DNA from: a bacterium
GTDB taxonomy: Bacteria; Desulfobacterota; S145-22
Length of the DNA: 64,000 nt
Assembly: GCA_026986155.1 (NCBI GenBank)
Contig: JALSPC010000193.1
Span: 2,537 to 66,536 of the forward strand
Direction of reading: 5' to 3'
Below are positions 50,942-61,421 of the stretch, in pieces. The position numbers were made by a program, and so were the translations under genes. The stretch's first letter is position 1. Each line of letters starts with the position of its first letter. The notes under the pieces are model-generated. The model saw only the letters and a list, made by a program, of their open reading frames with translations. It had not been told where the DNA came from and ran no database searches.

Positions 50942-52048
50942 CTATTTGAGTTTGCCCGTCACATCAACGATTTTCTGCTTACTCTTGGTGCTGATTTTCT
51001 TGATTGACTTGGCGTTGAAATCAAACTTGGAAAGATCGACCATCCGGATAGTTTGATCATCGTACGTCCGGAAATAATATCGAAGATTTTTCGAGTCTCG
51101 CGCGGTCGTCAGCATCGTATAATCAGAGTGGATAACCCCTTCGTGAACCTCGCGCGCGACGCCGACGGGGATATCGAAGTTGTTAAGGATATGAAAGACC
51201 TGAAGGATACCTCTTTCCGCATTTTTCTCCGGTATCGCGGTAGCACAGAAAACGGCCGCCCGGACAAAACGGGAAGGCGGGGTAAAATCACCGGGCAGGC
51301 CCAACATGCCGGACCCCTGTCCCAGCTGCTTAAAGGTCTTGCCAAAGATAGAAACAGGAGGAACATTGTTGGGATTCAAGGCCACATAGTTGCGCAAATT
51401 CGTCATGTGCCAGTCAAAGGTCGGCGAATTCGCCATAACCCCCAAGGGATTGTCATAGAGTACCAGCTTGCCGTTTAAAGGCTCAATCACAAGGCTTTTG
51501 CCCTTCCTGTCATAGACAACAAAATGAAAGGGCTGGACCTCCGGCGGAAAACCGGGGGTCAAAACCGGAGAGATGGCAACCTCATTGTTCTCGATGGCGG
51601 CACGAACCTCGTCAACCGTGGCAAACTGCGAGACAATCCACTGGGTAAAGTCTGAAGAGGACATGGAGATGGATTGATTTTGAGCCGTGGTAACGGGATA
51701 CTTGGCAAAGCCGGGAAAATAAAAACTGCCTACGGACAGCCCTTTTTCATTAATCCCATCCAGGATGACCTCGTTGTCCGCGATGATAACCCCCACGCAC
51801 GCGTATTTTGACTTCCACTTTTTCCCATTCCCCCGCGTGGTTTTGCCCACAAAGGGATACCCCCTCGGAACGACAATCACGCTCGTTTCAAAAAATATGC
51901 CGAATTCGAGGGTGCGTCCGCTGACGAACGTTCCATCTTCCGTTTTCAACTGAATCCCCGTGCAGGCCTTCGCAGACGGTTGACTCATGAGCAACAGGGC
52001 GCAGACCGCGCCTACCAGTAATGATTTTAGGCCAATTCTCTTTTTCAT
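50942..52048 (-). CDS. secreted Ntn hydrolase, choloylglycine hydrolase / linear amide C-N hydrolase family
   Basis: signal peptide ending ...AKA followed by CTGIQL, the catalytic N-terminal Cys after cleavage; about 340 aa mature. Confidence 0.7.
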   Translation of the reverse strand: MKKRIGLKSLLVGAVCALLLMSQPSAKACTGIQLKTEDGTFVSGRTLEFGIFFETSVIVVPRGYPFVGKTTRGNGKKWKSKYACVGVIIADNEVILDGINEKGLSVGSFYFPGFAKYPVTTAQNQSISMSSSDFTQWIVSQFATVDEVRAAIENNEVAISPVLTPGFPPEVQPFHFVVYDRKGKSLVIEPLNGKLVLYDNPLGVMANSPTFDWHMTNLRNYVALNPNNVPPVSIFGKTFKQLGQGSGMLGLPGDFTPPSRFVRAAVFCATAIPEKNAERGILQVFHILNNFDIPVGVAREVHEGVIHSDYTMLTTARDSKNLRYYFRTYDDQTIRMVDLSKFDFNAKSIKKISTKSKQKIVDVTGKLK

Positions 52049-52127
52049 GTTTTTTCCTCCTTTTTTTGTTGAACAATCATGTAGTTACTATCATTTTTTC
52101 AATCTGATTCATATTGTTTCCAGAACC

Positions 52128-54443
52128 TCAATTTTGCCCGGGAATCCATTCCGTAGGTCCAACAACACCATCTGCGATCAACCGCTTCACATCATCGCTG
52201 GAGTAACCAAGCGCTTGGAGAATGGCCGGAGCATCAGAACCGATTCGGGCGGTAACTCCGGGGCAGCCAACACATTCTCCGTCAAACACGAACCAGGTCG
52301 GGGCAAAATTTTCACTCTCCCAGCCGTCACGTTCACGGTGTTCAAAGGTGACTGTTTTGCATGGGTTATCCTTGTGACGCTGTGCAAGCTCCTGGCAGGT
52401 CTGCACTGGTACGGCCTGGATATTCTCTTGCTGTAAATGGGCGATGGCCTGTTCAACGGTAAAGGTCGCCAGTTCTTCGCTGATATCGTGGTCTGCCAAA
52501 GCAAAGATGAAACCATCAGATACTTTATACCAGCGCTCACCTTCACTTAATCCTGTGGCATCAGGTCCAGTGGCTGATGCCGGGGCAGGGGTTTGCTGGA
52601 GAAGGAGCTGGGTGAGCGATGCGGCAGCAGCAAGAGAGGTTCCGGCCCAGTCGCCTTTGCCATCTTTTCGCTGTTCTCTTGCAAATAATGCACTCACTCC
52701 TGCCCAGGTGCCAAGATATCCGCAGAGATAATCCACGCAGGAGGCGACACCGTGAAAGGTTGGGCAACCATCCGGGCCGAATCGGTGCATTAACCCGGTG
52801 GCACCCTGCAGAGCAGGGTCGTAGCCGAGATAATTATCACGACCGGCAGGCTTTTCACCCTTATGTCCGGTGATCTGGACAGCAATAATATTGGGGTTCA
52901 GTTTGTCAAGCGCCTCCCGGCCAAGACCCATGCGCACAAACTGGTTGTCACGTTTATTAGCCATGACAAGATCTGCTCCCGCAACAATTTTATTCATGAT
53001 ATCCCTGCCTTCTTCGGTGTGCATATCAAGAATAATAGAGTGCTTGCCAACGCCGTGTTCAGCTGCCCAGGTGACCATGATAACCGGGGCATGCTGCGGA
53101 TGCATGGGGTCAATCTTATACACAGTGGCACCAAGCTCTGAAAACATGCGGCCGCAGTTGGGTCCTGCAATCACATTGGCAAAATCGACCAGGACAAATC
53201 CTTCCAGAGGTCGTTTTGCCACAGCTTTGTCGGTGGCGGCAGGAAGCGAAGTTGATCGCTCAGGCAATGCATTTTGTGTTTTGCAGGATTCAAGATCAGC
53301 ATAAGGCTGGGCAGAATCGATCCAGGCCGCCCGCCCTAACTGAACCTTATCCAAGCCATTCACATGGGCAACAAGACGGGCGGCCCGTGCTTCTTTATCT
53401 TCCATCCATTCTTCAAAGCTGCGGATCATGACCGCCGGAACACCAGCTTCGCAGAGTTCCTTTTCCCATTGGCTGGCAGTTTTTGTGGCCATAACCTCGG
53501 TGATTTTATCCGCCAGCCACACATTATTTTCAAAACTCAGGGAACCACCATCGGCCAGGTTGCGTCCCTTGTACTGGATGTTTTCAGGATTGTAGGGATC
53601 TTTGTCCACCATACCCGCCTGTAAAGCCTCGTCCCAGAGTCCAAGGGCGGTCAGGAATCTTCGCGCTATCCGACGGTTGACACCGGCAATCCCCATGGCA
53701 AAACGATTGTCCGAGGTACGGTAGGGAGCATCCAGGGGGATTAATCGCTGTTCCAGCCAGAGTTGTCTGGCCGGATCTACAGCTGCTTCCTGCAGGATCT
53801 TTTTTGCTGCTTCAGGGTCGATTCCCTCCGGCAGGCCGGTGAGGTCTGCTGGTTTGAGATGTTCCGGTTCACCCTTGGTGATCAGGGCCAGGGCGCCAAT
53901 GGCAGAAAGGCCGCCGGCAATTCGTGAACTGGTGACTTCCCGCCCCTTGCCGCAGCGTGTTCTGTCAACAAGAGCAGCAGCAGTTGCAATGGCACCGTTG
54001 ACTCCAGCATACACCGAGCAGAGCGGCAGCGACGTATAGATAACCGGCCGACCGACAAATTTCCCCACCGTGGCCATGTTGGTAAAGAAACCAACCAAGG
54101 CATTCAGCAGATCTTCGCTGCAATCCGTAGCAAGGTCTCCGTATATTTCATCGCCGGGCAAGGCCGCTGTGATACGCAAAACAATCTGTTGTGGCAAGCG
54201 ATCTACAACCGTATCACCATCAACAATTATAATATCAGCCGAGGAGGTGTCGGCAAGACTGCCCAGAGGGACAGCAATTTTGTTCCGGTCAAAATATTCA
54301 TCGTGCTCGTTCGGCTGATAATCAATACCTCGCTCGATAAAGACTTCAGCTCCCTGATCTGCAAAGAGCAGGCCTGCTAACCGGCCGGAAAGCGTGCTGC
54401 TTAACTCGATAATGCGAATTCCATGGTATGGTACTCTGCTCAT
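52128..54443 (-). CDS. tandem two-domain family III CoA-transferase (CaiB/BaiF family duplicated in one 771-aa polypeptide)
   Basis: two copies of the family III N-terminal motif: GIRIIELSSTLSGRLAGLLFADQGAEV and GFVLVDFANVIAGPNCGRMFSELGATVYKID. Confidence 0.7.
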   Translation of the reverse strand: MSRVPYHGIRIIELSSTLSGRLAGLLFADQGAEVFIERGIDYQPNEHDEYFDRNKIAVPLGSLADTSSADIIIVDGDTVVDRLPQQIVLRITAALPGDEIYGDLATDCSEDLLNALVGFFTNMATVGKFVGRPVIYTSLPLCSVYAGVNGAIATAAALVDRTRCGKGREVTSSRIAGGLSAIGALALITKGEPEHLKPADLTGLPEGIDPEAAKKILQEAAVDPARQLWLEQRLIPLDAPYRTSDNRFAMGIAGVNRRIARRFLTALGLWDEALQAGMVDKDPYNPENIQYKGRNLADGGSLSFENNVWLADKITEVMATKTASQWEKELCEAGVPAVMIRSFEEWMEDKEARAARLVAHVNGLDKVQLGRAAWIDSAQPYADLESCKTQNALPERSTSLPAATDKAVAKRPLEGFVLVDFANVIAGPNCGRMFSELGATVYKIDPMHPQHAPVIMVTWAAEHGVGKHSIILDMHTEEGRDIMNKIVAGADLVMANKRDNQFVRMGLGREALDKLNPNIIAVQITGHKGEKPAGRDNYLGYDPALQGATGLMHRFGPDGCPTFHGVASCVDYLCGYLGTWAGVSALFAREQRKDGKGDWAGTSLAAAASLTQLLLQQTPAPASATGPDATGLSEGERWYKVSDGFIFALADHDISEELATFTVEQAIAHLQQENIQAVPVQTCQELAQRHKDNPCKTVTFEHRERDGWESENFAPTWFVFDGECVGCPGVTARIGSDAPAILQALGYSSDDVKRLIADGVVGPTEWIPGQN

Positions 54444-54629
54444 TTATTTCTCCTGCGTGTCAGAATTACGGCAAAAGGCAGCAAAGGCCTCTTGACTCTT
54501 TGTAAAACCATATTTTTTCGCCAGCTCCCAGGGGCCGGAAATGGCGGTTGCCGCGCCCCCCAAACATAAAAGAACGGTGATAAAAGTTGTTACCATTGCA
54601 TTTCTAAACATCCCCAATCTCCTTTGCAT
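54444..54629 (-). CDS. small secreted/membrane peptide (61 aa)
   Basis: hydrophobic N-terminal segment; stop abuts CoA-transferase start; ORF only. Confidence 0.3.
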   Translation of the reverse strand: MQRRLGMFRNAMVTTFITVLLCLGGAATAISGPWELAKKYGFTKSQEAFAAFCRNSDTQEK

Positions 54630-54913
54630 GCAGCGTAAACGCTAATACGCATTTTTTCATAAGGCTCCATTTCCTCTTGTTTGATTCGTATGGCTGTCGG
54701 CCAACTGGGCTTGCCACCAGGTAGTATATCTATGCCGACCGTTCCCATACCGTTGCTAAAATGGTTGCTTTCAGCGGAAAAACGATCTCCCTTTTAACAT
54801 AGGAATTTTATCATAGCACACATTCGTTTCAAAAACAAATTTGTTACTATTATTATTTATTACCGGCAAGTGGAAAAAGATTAAAAATGGGATCCGGGGA
54901 AAATAAGCGAGGT

Positions 54914-56311
54914 TTAAAGCATTGTATCTGGAGAATCTGTATTTTTTTGGTTCATATTCCCCCGTGTAACTCCGTGTCTCAACGGCTTTACTTCACCCAC
55001 AAGGTCATAATCCCCCGCCTCGGTGATTCGCACCGGAACGATCTCCCCTACTTTGGCCGTTCCCTCGTTGATAATAACGCAGCCGTCGATCTCCGGGAAC
55101 TGGAAGGCCGTCCGGCCCCTGAGCAGCAGGTCCGTCTCCTCGTGGGGGCCCTCTATAAGGACGGGGAGGACCTCCCCCACCATCTCGCCGTTCAGGCGGC
55201 GGGCGATCTCCCGCTGGCGGGCCATCAGCGCCTCGAGACGGCGCGCTTTCTCCGCCTTGGGGACCTTGCCCGGGTAGTTGAAGGCGCGGGTCCCCTCCTC
55301 GTCGGAATAGGCGAAGGCGCCGAGGCTATAGAACCGCTGCTCGCCGATAAAGTCAAGCAGGCACCGGAAGTCCTCCTCCGTCTCCCCGGGGAATCCCACC
55401 ATCACCGTGGTCCGAAGCCGGATCCCCGGGACCTCCCGGAGGCGGTCCAGCACCCGCCGGATGGCGTCGGGCCCCGGGCGCCGCATCCCCTTCAGGACCC
55501 CCGGGGCGGCATGCTGGACCGGCACGTCCACCACGGGACAGACGGCGGGGGATTCGGTCATGACCTGGACCAGGTCCCGGGTCACCCGCTTAACATCCGG
55601 GTAGAGGTAAAGGAGCTTGAGCCAGGAAACCCCCGGGACTTCGGAGAGGCGCCTGAGCAGGGCCGCGAGGGTCGTGCCGTCTCCCAGGTCCCGTCCGTAG
55701 GCCGCCGTGTCCTGGGCCACGAGGATGATCTCCCGCGCGCCCCGTTCCGCCAAAACCGTCACCTCGCGGGCGATCTCGCCCATGGGCCGCGACCGGTAAC
55801 GCCCCCGGATGGCCGGGAGCGTGCAGAAGGCGCAACGGCGGTTGCACCCGTCCGCGATCTTCACGTAGGCGGTGTAAAACGGGGTCGAAACGACCCGGTC
55901 GATCCTGTCGATTCCCGCCCCGGGCTCCGGGACATGGGCCACCCACGGGGCCCCGGCGAAGATCTCCCGGAGGACGGCCTCGTCGGCCCTCTCCATCCGC
56001 CGGGAGGTGAAGAAGGTCGTCACCTCCGGCAGGAGTTTCTTCAGGGTCCTGCCGTATCGGAGGGGAAAACAGCCCGTCACCACCAGGCGCGCCTCCGGCG
56101 CCGCCCGGCGCAGGGCGAGAATCGCGTCGATGGACTCCTGGGCGGCGGTCGCGATGAAGGCACAGGTGTTGACGATGATCACGTCGGCCTTCGCGGGGTC
56201 CGTTACGGGACGCCCTCCCAGTCCCATCAGGCGGCCGCTGAGCCACTCGGAGTCGACCAGGTTCTTGGGACACCCGAGGCTCAAAAGGTAGAAATATCCC
56301 GGGACAGTCAT
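54914..56311 (-). CDS. rimO: ribosomal protein S12 methylthiotransferase
   Basis: SLGCPKNLVDSE N-terminus, radical-SAM CNRRCAFC, TRAM C-domain; start at ATG 56311. Confidence 0.85.
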   Translation of the reverse strand: MTVPGYFYLLSLGCPKNLVDSEWLSGRLMGLGGRPVTDPAKADVIIVNTCAFIATAAQESIDAILALRRAAPEARLVVTGCFPLRYGRTLKKLLPEVTTFFTSRRMERADEAVLREIFAGAPWVAHVPEPGAGIDRIDRVVSTPFYTAYVKIADGCNRRCAFCTLPAIRGRYRSRPMGEIAREVTVLAERGAREIILVAQDTAAYGRDLGDGTTLAALLRRLSEVPGVSWLKLLYLYPDVKRVTRDLVQVMTESPAVCPVVDVPVQHAAPGVLKGMRRPGPDAIRRVLDRLREVPGIRLRTTVMVGFPGETEEDFRCLLDFIGEQRFYSLGAFAYSDEEGTRAFNYPGKVPKAEKARRLEALMARQREIARRLNGEMVGEVLPVLIEGPHEETDLLLRGRTAFQFPEIDGCVIINEGTAKVGEIVPVRITEAGDYDLVGEVKPLRHGVTRGNMNQKNTDSPDTML

Positions 56312-57129
56312 CAGCCGGCCAGCCCCCCCAGCCCCTTCGTCAGCTCCGGGAACGGAGACGGCATGAAAGAACTGAAAAAGATGATGAGCATGAGGATGCC
56401 GATCAGGCGCCTCCTCGGGTCGAGGGGGGTGAAGTCGTCGAGGGGCGGCGGGTGTTTCAGGCCGAAGAAGAAGAGCAGGATGACCAGCAGCACCCATCCC
56501 GGGTTGAAGATGAGGGCGTAAACGGCGAAGAGGAGAACCCCAACGCGGTAGATCTTCAGGCTCTTCGGCCCGAAGAGGGCGTAGACGATGTGTCCCCCGT
56601 CCAACTGGCCGATGGGAAGGAGGTTCAGGGCCGTCACGAAGAGGCCCACCCACCCCGCGTAGGCCAGCGGATGCAGCACCACGTCGGTGCCCTTGGGGAG
56701 AGGCCCCAGGGCCAGGTACTGAAGCCCCTTGAAGAGGAGGCTGTCGCCGAGGATGAGGCCCTGCCCACGGGCCAGGCTCAGGGGCACGATCGCCGACATC
56801 TTCAGCCCGATGTAGATGGCGGGAAAGGTCAGGATGAGCCCCGCGATGGGCCCGCCCGCCCCGATGTCGAAAAGGGCGCGGCGATTAGGAATCCACCCCC
56901 GCATCTTGATGATGGCGCCAAAGGTCCCGAAGGGAGAAAAGGGAAAGGGGATGAAGAAGGGCAGCGAGGCCTCCACCCCGTAGTAACGGCTCATCAGGAA
57001 GTGCCCCATCTCGTGGCAGAGGAGGATGGCCATCAGGGGCAAGGCGTACCAGGCCCCCGCCACGAAATAGGTGGAAATCAGCGTGAGGACGAAAAGGCCC
57101 CCGTGCAATAGCAGGCGTCTGCGCGTCAT
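56311..57129 (-). CDS. site-2 protease family zinc metallopeptidase (M50)
   Basis: HEMGH motif inside TM helix, multi-TM; start at ATG 57129; ATGA overlap with rimO. Confidence 0.75.
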   Translation of the reverse strand: MTRRRLLLHGGLFVLTLISTYFVAGAWYALPLMAILLCHEMGHFLMSRYYGVEASLPFFIPFPFSPFGTFGAIIKMRGWIPNRRALFDIGAGGPIAGLILTFPAIYIGLKMSAIVPLSLARGQGLILGDSLLFKGLQYLALGPLPKGTDVVLHPLAYAGWVGLFVTALNLLPIGQLDGGHIVYALFGPKSLKIYRVGVLLFAVYALIFNPGWVLLVILLFFFGLKHPPPLDDFTPLDPRRRLIGILMLIIFFSSFMPSPFPELTKGLGGLAG

Positions 57130-57136
57130 GGAACCG

Positions 57137-57613
57137 TCACGGCCCTTCCAGGACGCAGCAGAGCCACGAAAGGGCCGCCTCCGCCGTCTGGGTCTTGACG
57201 GCGATCCGGTCTCCCTCGAACCGGAAACGCCGGGTTTCCGCCACGCCTTTCGCCGGGTACGACACCCCCATGTAAACGGTCCCCACGGGCTTTTCCGCCG
57301 ATCCACCCGTGGGCCCCGCGATGCCGGTGATGCCGATCCCCAGGTCGCTCCCCGCCAGGTCACGAACCCCTTCCGCCATCTGGATGGCCACCTCGGCGCT
57401 GACAGCCCCCTTCGCCGCGAGAACATCGGCGTCCACCCCGAGCACCCGCGCCTTCGCCTCGTTGCTGTAACTGACCACCCCCAGCAGAAAGACCTCCGAA
57501 ACTCCCGGCACGTTGGTCAGCCGGTGGGCCGCCAGTCCCCCGGTGCATGACTCGGCCGTGGCCAGGGTCAGCCCCCGCGCGCGAAGCAGTCGAAACAACC
57601 TTTCTTCAATCAT
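57137..57613 (-). CDS. pncC: CinA C-terminal domain protein (nicotinamide-nucleotide amidohydrolase PncC-like)
   Basis: LATAESCTGGLAAHRLTNVPGVS signature, 158 aa. Confidence 0.85.
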   Translation of the reverse strand: MIEERLFRLLRARGLTLATAESCTGGLAAHRLTNVPGVSEVFLLGVVSYSNEAKARVLGVDADVLAAKGAVSAEVAIQMAEGVRDLAGSDLGIGITGIAGPTGGSAEKPVGTVYMGVSYPAKGVAETRRFRFEGDRIAVKTQTAEAALSWLCCVLEGP

Positions 57614-57649
57614 GACGATCCCGCAATAACCCCGTTTTTTACAAAGCCC

Positions 57650-58156
57650 TCAACCATGCCAGAGCCTCAAAATACCCTGAAGGATGATCCAGCCGTAAAT
57701 CCCGGCGAGGACATCGTCCATCACCACGCCGGCGCCCCCGGGGATCCATCCTTCCACCTTGCGGATGGGAAACGGCTTCAGGATATCCAGCACCCTGAAA
57801 AGGACGAAGCCGGCCACGACGGTCACCCACGTGAACGGCAGCGCCCAGACCGTCACCATGTACCCCACCACCTCGTCGATGACGATATCGTTCGGGTCCT
57901 TCATGCCGTAGATCCCCTCGGCCCTGTCGGCGATCCAGCAGGAAACGGCGATCAGGACGACGAGGACCACGGCGGCCGCACCCGGACGCAGCCATGAAAG
58001 GAGGAAGGCGGCGGGAATCCCCACCAGGGTTCCGAAGGTGCCGGGCACCACCGGAGCGTAGCCCGTGTAGAATCCCGTGGCCAGCAGGATCACGGCCTTC
58101 TCGCCCGGGGTTTTCCCCCATTTCTTTTCCGATCTCACGGGCCGGTATTTCATCAT
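57650..58156 (-). CDS. pgpA: phosphatidylglycerophosphatase A
   Basis: GFYTGYAPVVPGTFGTLVGIP motif; start refined to 58156. Confidence 0.85.
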   Translation of the reverse strand: MMKYRPVRSEKKWGKTPGEKAVILLATGFYTGYAPVVPGTFGTLVGIPAAFLLSWLRPGAAAVVLVVLIAVSCWIADRAEGIYGMKDPNDIVIDEVVGYMVTVWALPFTWVTVVAGFVLFRVLDILKPFPIRKVEGWIPGGAGVVMDDVLAGIYGWIILQGILRLWHG

Positions 58157-58431
58157 CGCCTGCTCCTCCGTCTCCGCTTCCGCGCCATCCACCGGATGAA
58201 ACGCTTTTCGGTCTTTCTTGACAATTTACGACACATCCTGAAATAAGACAACAACCATTCCCCCAAAAAATTCACGAAAGCGGGAGATGGCCGTAAAGGG
58301 GAATTTGAAACGATCCTCCCGCGGCATCTCGACTTTGAAGGCGTATCAAACGACGCGTTTCCAAAACGCCGCCTTGAAAAAAGGCCGCCGATACGCTATA
58401 TTTGCCGAAAATCACACACGTGGAGGAGATT

Positions 58432-59439
58432 ATGGCTTTAAAAATCGCGATCAATGGGTTCGGACGGATTGGAAGAAACGTCTTCCGCGCCTCTCTGGAC
58501 AAGGACAATCTGGAATTCGTGGCGGTCAACGACCTGACCGACAGCGCCACCCTGGCGCACCTTCTGAAATACGACTCCGTTCACGGGAAGATCAACGCGG
58601 AGGTCTCCGTGGAGGGGGACTACCTCGTCGTCAACGGCAAGAAGATCCGCGTCTTCTCGGAGCGGGACATGACGAAACTCCCCTGGAAGGAGCTGGGAGT
58701 CGATGTCGTCCTGGAAAGCACCGGCCTGTTCACCGACCGCAACAAAGCCGCGGGGCACCTCGCCGCGGGCGCGAAGAAGGTTATCATCTCCGCCCCCTCG
58801 AAGAACGCGGATGTCACCATCGTCCTGGGGGTCAATCCCGAAAAATACGATCCCAAGAGCCACGACGTCATCTCCATGGGCTCTTGCACCACCAACTGCC
58901 TCGCCCCCATCGTCAAGATCCTGGTGGACAACTTCGGCCTCGAATACGGCCTCATGACCACCACCCACGCCTACACCAACGACCAGCGCATCCTCGACCT
59001 GCCCCACAAGGACCTCCGCCGGGCGCGTGCCGCCGGCGTTTCCATGATCCCCACCACGACCGGCGCGGCCAGGGCCCTGTCCCTCGTCATCCCGGAGACG
59101 GAGGGAAAGCTGGACGGCATGGCGATCCGCGTCCCCACCCCCAACGTCTCGGTGGTGGACCTGGTGGCCTGGCTCTCGAAGGAAACCAGCGTGGAGGAAC
59201 TGCTCAGCACCTTCAAGTCCTACGCGGAAGGGAGCATGAAGGGAATCCTCGGCGTGAGCGAGGAACCCCTGGTCTCCATCGACTACAACGGAAACCCCAA
59301 CTCTTCCACCCTGGACGCCCTGTCCCTGAAGGTCATCGGCGGGAAGATGGTCAAGGTCCTCTCCTGGTATGACAACGAATGGGGCTTCTCCAACCGCATG
59401 AGCGAGCTCTTCGGCTTCGTGGCGAAAGGAATGGAATGA
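58432..59439 (+). CDS. gap: glyceraldehyde-3-phosphate dehydrogenase
   Basis: [10 protein letters not shown]-terminus, SCTTNCLAP active site; GGAGGAG RBS before ATG 58432. Confidence 0.95.
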   Translation: MALKIAINGFGRIGRNVFRASLDKDNLEFVAVNDLTDSATLAHLLKYDSVHGKINAEVSVEGDYLVVNGKKIRVFSERDMTKLPWKELGVDVVLESTGLFTDRNKAAGHLAAGAKKVIISAPSKNADVTIVLGVNPEKYDPKSHDVISMGSCTTNCLAPIVKILVDNFGLEYGLMTTTHAYTNDQRILDLPHKDLRRARAAGVSMIPTTTGAARALSLVIPETEGKLDGMAIRVPTPNVSVVDLVAWLSKETSVEELLSTFKSYAEGSMKGILGVSEEPLVSIDYNGNPNSSTLDALSLKVIGGKMVKVLSWYDNEWGFSNRMSELFGFVAKGME

Positions 59440-60629
59440 ACCTTCCCTTCGAGACCATAGACCGGCTTCCCATCGAGGGAAAACGGCTCCTGCTTCGGGT
59501 CGATTTCAACGTCCCCCTCACGCCAGAGGGGGACGTCGCCGATGACAGCCGCATCCGGATGAGCCTTCCCACCATCCGGCACGCCCTGGAGCGCGGCAGC
59601 CGCGTCATCCTCATGTCCCACCTGGGTCGGCCCAAGGGGTCGGTCAAACCCGAATTGAGCCTCCGGCCCGTGGCGGCAAGGCTCGCAGAACTGCTCGAAA
59701 AACCGGTTTCCCTGGCCCCCGACTGCGTGGGCCCCGAGGCGGAAAAGATGGCGTCCGCCCTCGGCGAAGGGGAGATTCTCCTGCTTGAAAACCTGCGTTT
59801 CCACAAGGAAGAAACCAAAAACGACCCGGCATTCGCCCGGGCCCTGGCGTCCCTCGGGAAGGTCTACGTGGACGACGCCTTCGGCGCGGTCCACCGGGCC
59901 CACGCCTCCGTGGCGGGCGTTCCGGGCTTCATGGCGGTAAAGGGCGGCGGCTTTCTCCTCAAGAAAGAGGTGGAGGCCCTCACCCGGGTCCGCGAGGCGG
60001 ACACGGAAAGGTTCGTCCTCATCCTGGGCGGGGCCAAGGTCTCGGACAAGCTGGGAATCCTTCTTTCCCTCATGGAAAAGGCGCACGCCATCCTCATCGG
60101 CGGCGCCATGGCCTACACCTTCCTGAAGGTCCAGGGTTTCGAGGTGGGGAAATCCCTCGTCGAAGAGGCGTCGATTTCAGACGCCGAGGCCGTCCTGAAA
60201 AAGGCGAAGGAAACAAAGACCGATTTTCTCCTTCCCGTGGACCACGTGGCCGCTACGGGGATCAGCGAGACGGCCCCCCGCCAAACCACGGACGACGCGA
60301 ATATCCCGGCCCCCTACATGGGGGTGGACATCGGCCCGAAGACGGCGCGGGCCTACGCGGGGCAGTTGCGCGACGCCACCATGATCTTCTGGAACGGCCC
60401 CATGGGCGTCTTCGAGGTGGCCCCCTTCGCGCGGGGAACCTTCGAGGTGGCCAAGGCCGTGGCGGCCTCACCGGGGGAAAGCTACGTGGGCGGGGGCGAT
60501 TCCGTCCGGGCCCTCCACGCGTCCGGTGTCGCGGAACAAATCACCCACATCTCCAGCGGCGGCGGCGCCTCGCTGGAATTCCTCGAGGGGAAACCCCTCC
60601 CGGGGATCGAGGCCCTCAAAGCGCAATAA
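59436..60629 (+). CDS. pgk: phosphoglycerate kinase
   Basis: LLRVDFNVP and [13 protein letters not shown] motifs; ATGA overlap with gap. Confidence 0.95.
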   Translation: MNLPFETIDRLPIEGKRLLLRVDFNVPLTPEGDVADDSRIRMSLPTIRHALERGSRVILMSHLGRPKGSVKPELSLRPVAARLAELLEKPVSLAPDCVGPEAEKMASALGEGEILLLENLRFHKEETKNDPAFARALASLGKVYVDDAFGAVHRAHASVAGVPGFMAVKGGGFLLKKEVEALTRVREADTERFVLILGGAKVSDKLGILLSLMEKAHAILIGGAMAYTFLKVQGFEVGKSLVEEASISDAEAVLKKAKETKTDFLLPVDHVAATGISETAPRQTTDDANIPAPYMGVDIGPKTARAYAGQLRDATMIFWNGPMGVFEVAPFARGTFEVAKAVAASPGESYVGGGDSVRALHASGVAEQITHISSGGGASLEFLEGKPLPGIEALKAQ

Positions 60630-60647
60630 TCCAAAGGAGACAAGACG

Positions 60648-61412
60648 ATGAAACGCAAACCCATGATAGCGGGTAACTGGAAAATGCACATGACCACGAA
60701 AGAGGCGCGGGAGCTGGTCTCCGGCCTCCTTCAGGAAATCGGGGACGTGGACACGACCGCGGTGGATATCCTCGTGGCGCCGCCCTACACGGCCCTGTCG
60801 GCCGTCAAGGAGACCCTCTCCGGTTCCCCCGTATTGCTGGCGGGACAGAACATGCACTGGGAGGAAAAGGGCGCATTCACCGGCGAGATTTCCCCCCTCA
60901 TGCTGAAAGAGGTGGGATGCACCCACGTCATCATCGGGCACTCCGAGCGGCGGCAGCTCTTCGGGGAAACCAATGAAACAGTGAACCAAAAGCTGAAGTC
61001 CGCCTTTTCCCACGGCCTGGCCCCCATCCTCTGCGTGGGGGAATCCCTCGAGCAGCGGGAGGCCGGCCGGACCACTTCCGTCATCGAAGAGGAGCTGGAA
61101 AAGGGTCTAAACGGCTTGACAACCGAACAAGTTCAGTCTATGATTCTTGCCTACGAACCCATCTGGGCCATCGGGACGGGGAAAACCGCCTCCCCGGAAC
61201 AGGCGGAGGAGGTTCACGCCTTCATCCGAAAATGGCTCATCTCCAAACATGGAGAAGCGGCGGCGGAGAAGATACGCGTCCTCTACGGGGGGAGCGTCAA
61301 ACCGGAAAACATTGAAGGCCTCATGGCGAAGGAAAACATCGACGGGGGTCTGGTCGGCGGCGCGAGCCTGAAGGCCGATTCCTTCGCGCAGATCGTCAAA
61401 CGGGGCTCGTAA
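60648..61412 (+). CDS. tpiA: triosephosphate isomerase
   Basis: MIAGNWKMH, IGHSERR, YEPIWAIGTGKTA motifs. Confidence 0.95.
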   Translation: MKRKPMIAGNWKMHMTTKEARELVSGLLQEIGDVDTTAVDILVAPPYTALSAVKETLSGSPVLLAGQNMHWEEKGAFTGEISPLMLKEVGCTHVIIGHSERRQLFGETNETVNQKLKSAFSHGLAPILCVGESLEQREAGRTTSVIEEELEKGLNGLTTEQVQSMILAYEPIWAIGTGKTASPEQAEEVHAFIRKWLISKHGEAAAEKIRVLYGGSVKPENIEGLMAKENIDGGLVGGASLKADSFAQIVKRGS

Positions 61413-61421
61413 GGAAACGGA

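Noticed and set aside
54887-56521. 544-aa plus-strand ORF antisense to rimO/M50
   Set aside because: Shadow ORF; the opposite strand encodes two well-supported genes.
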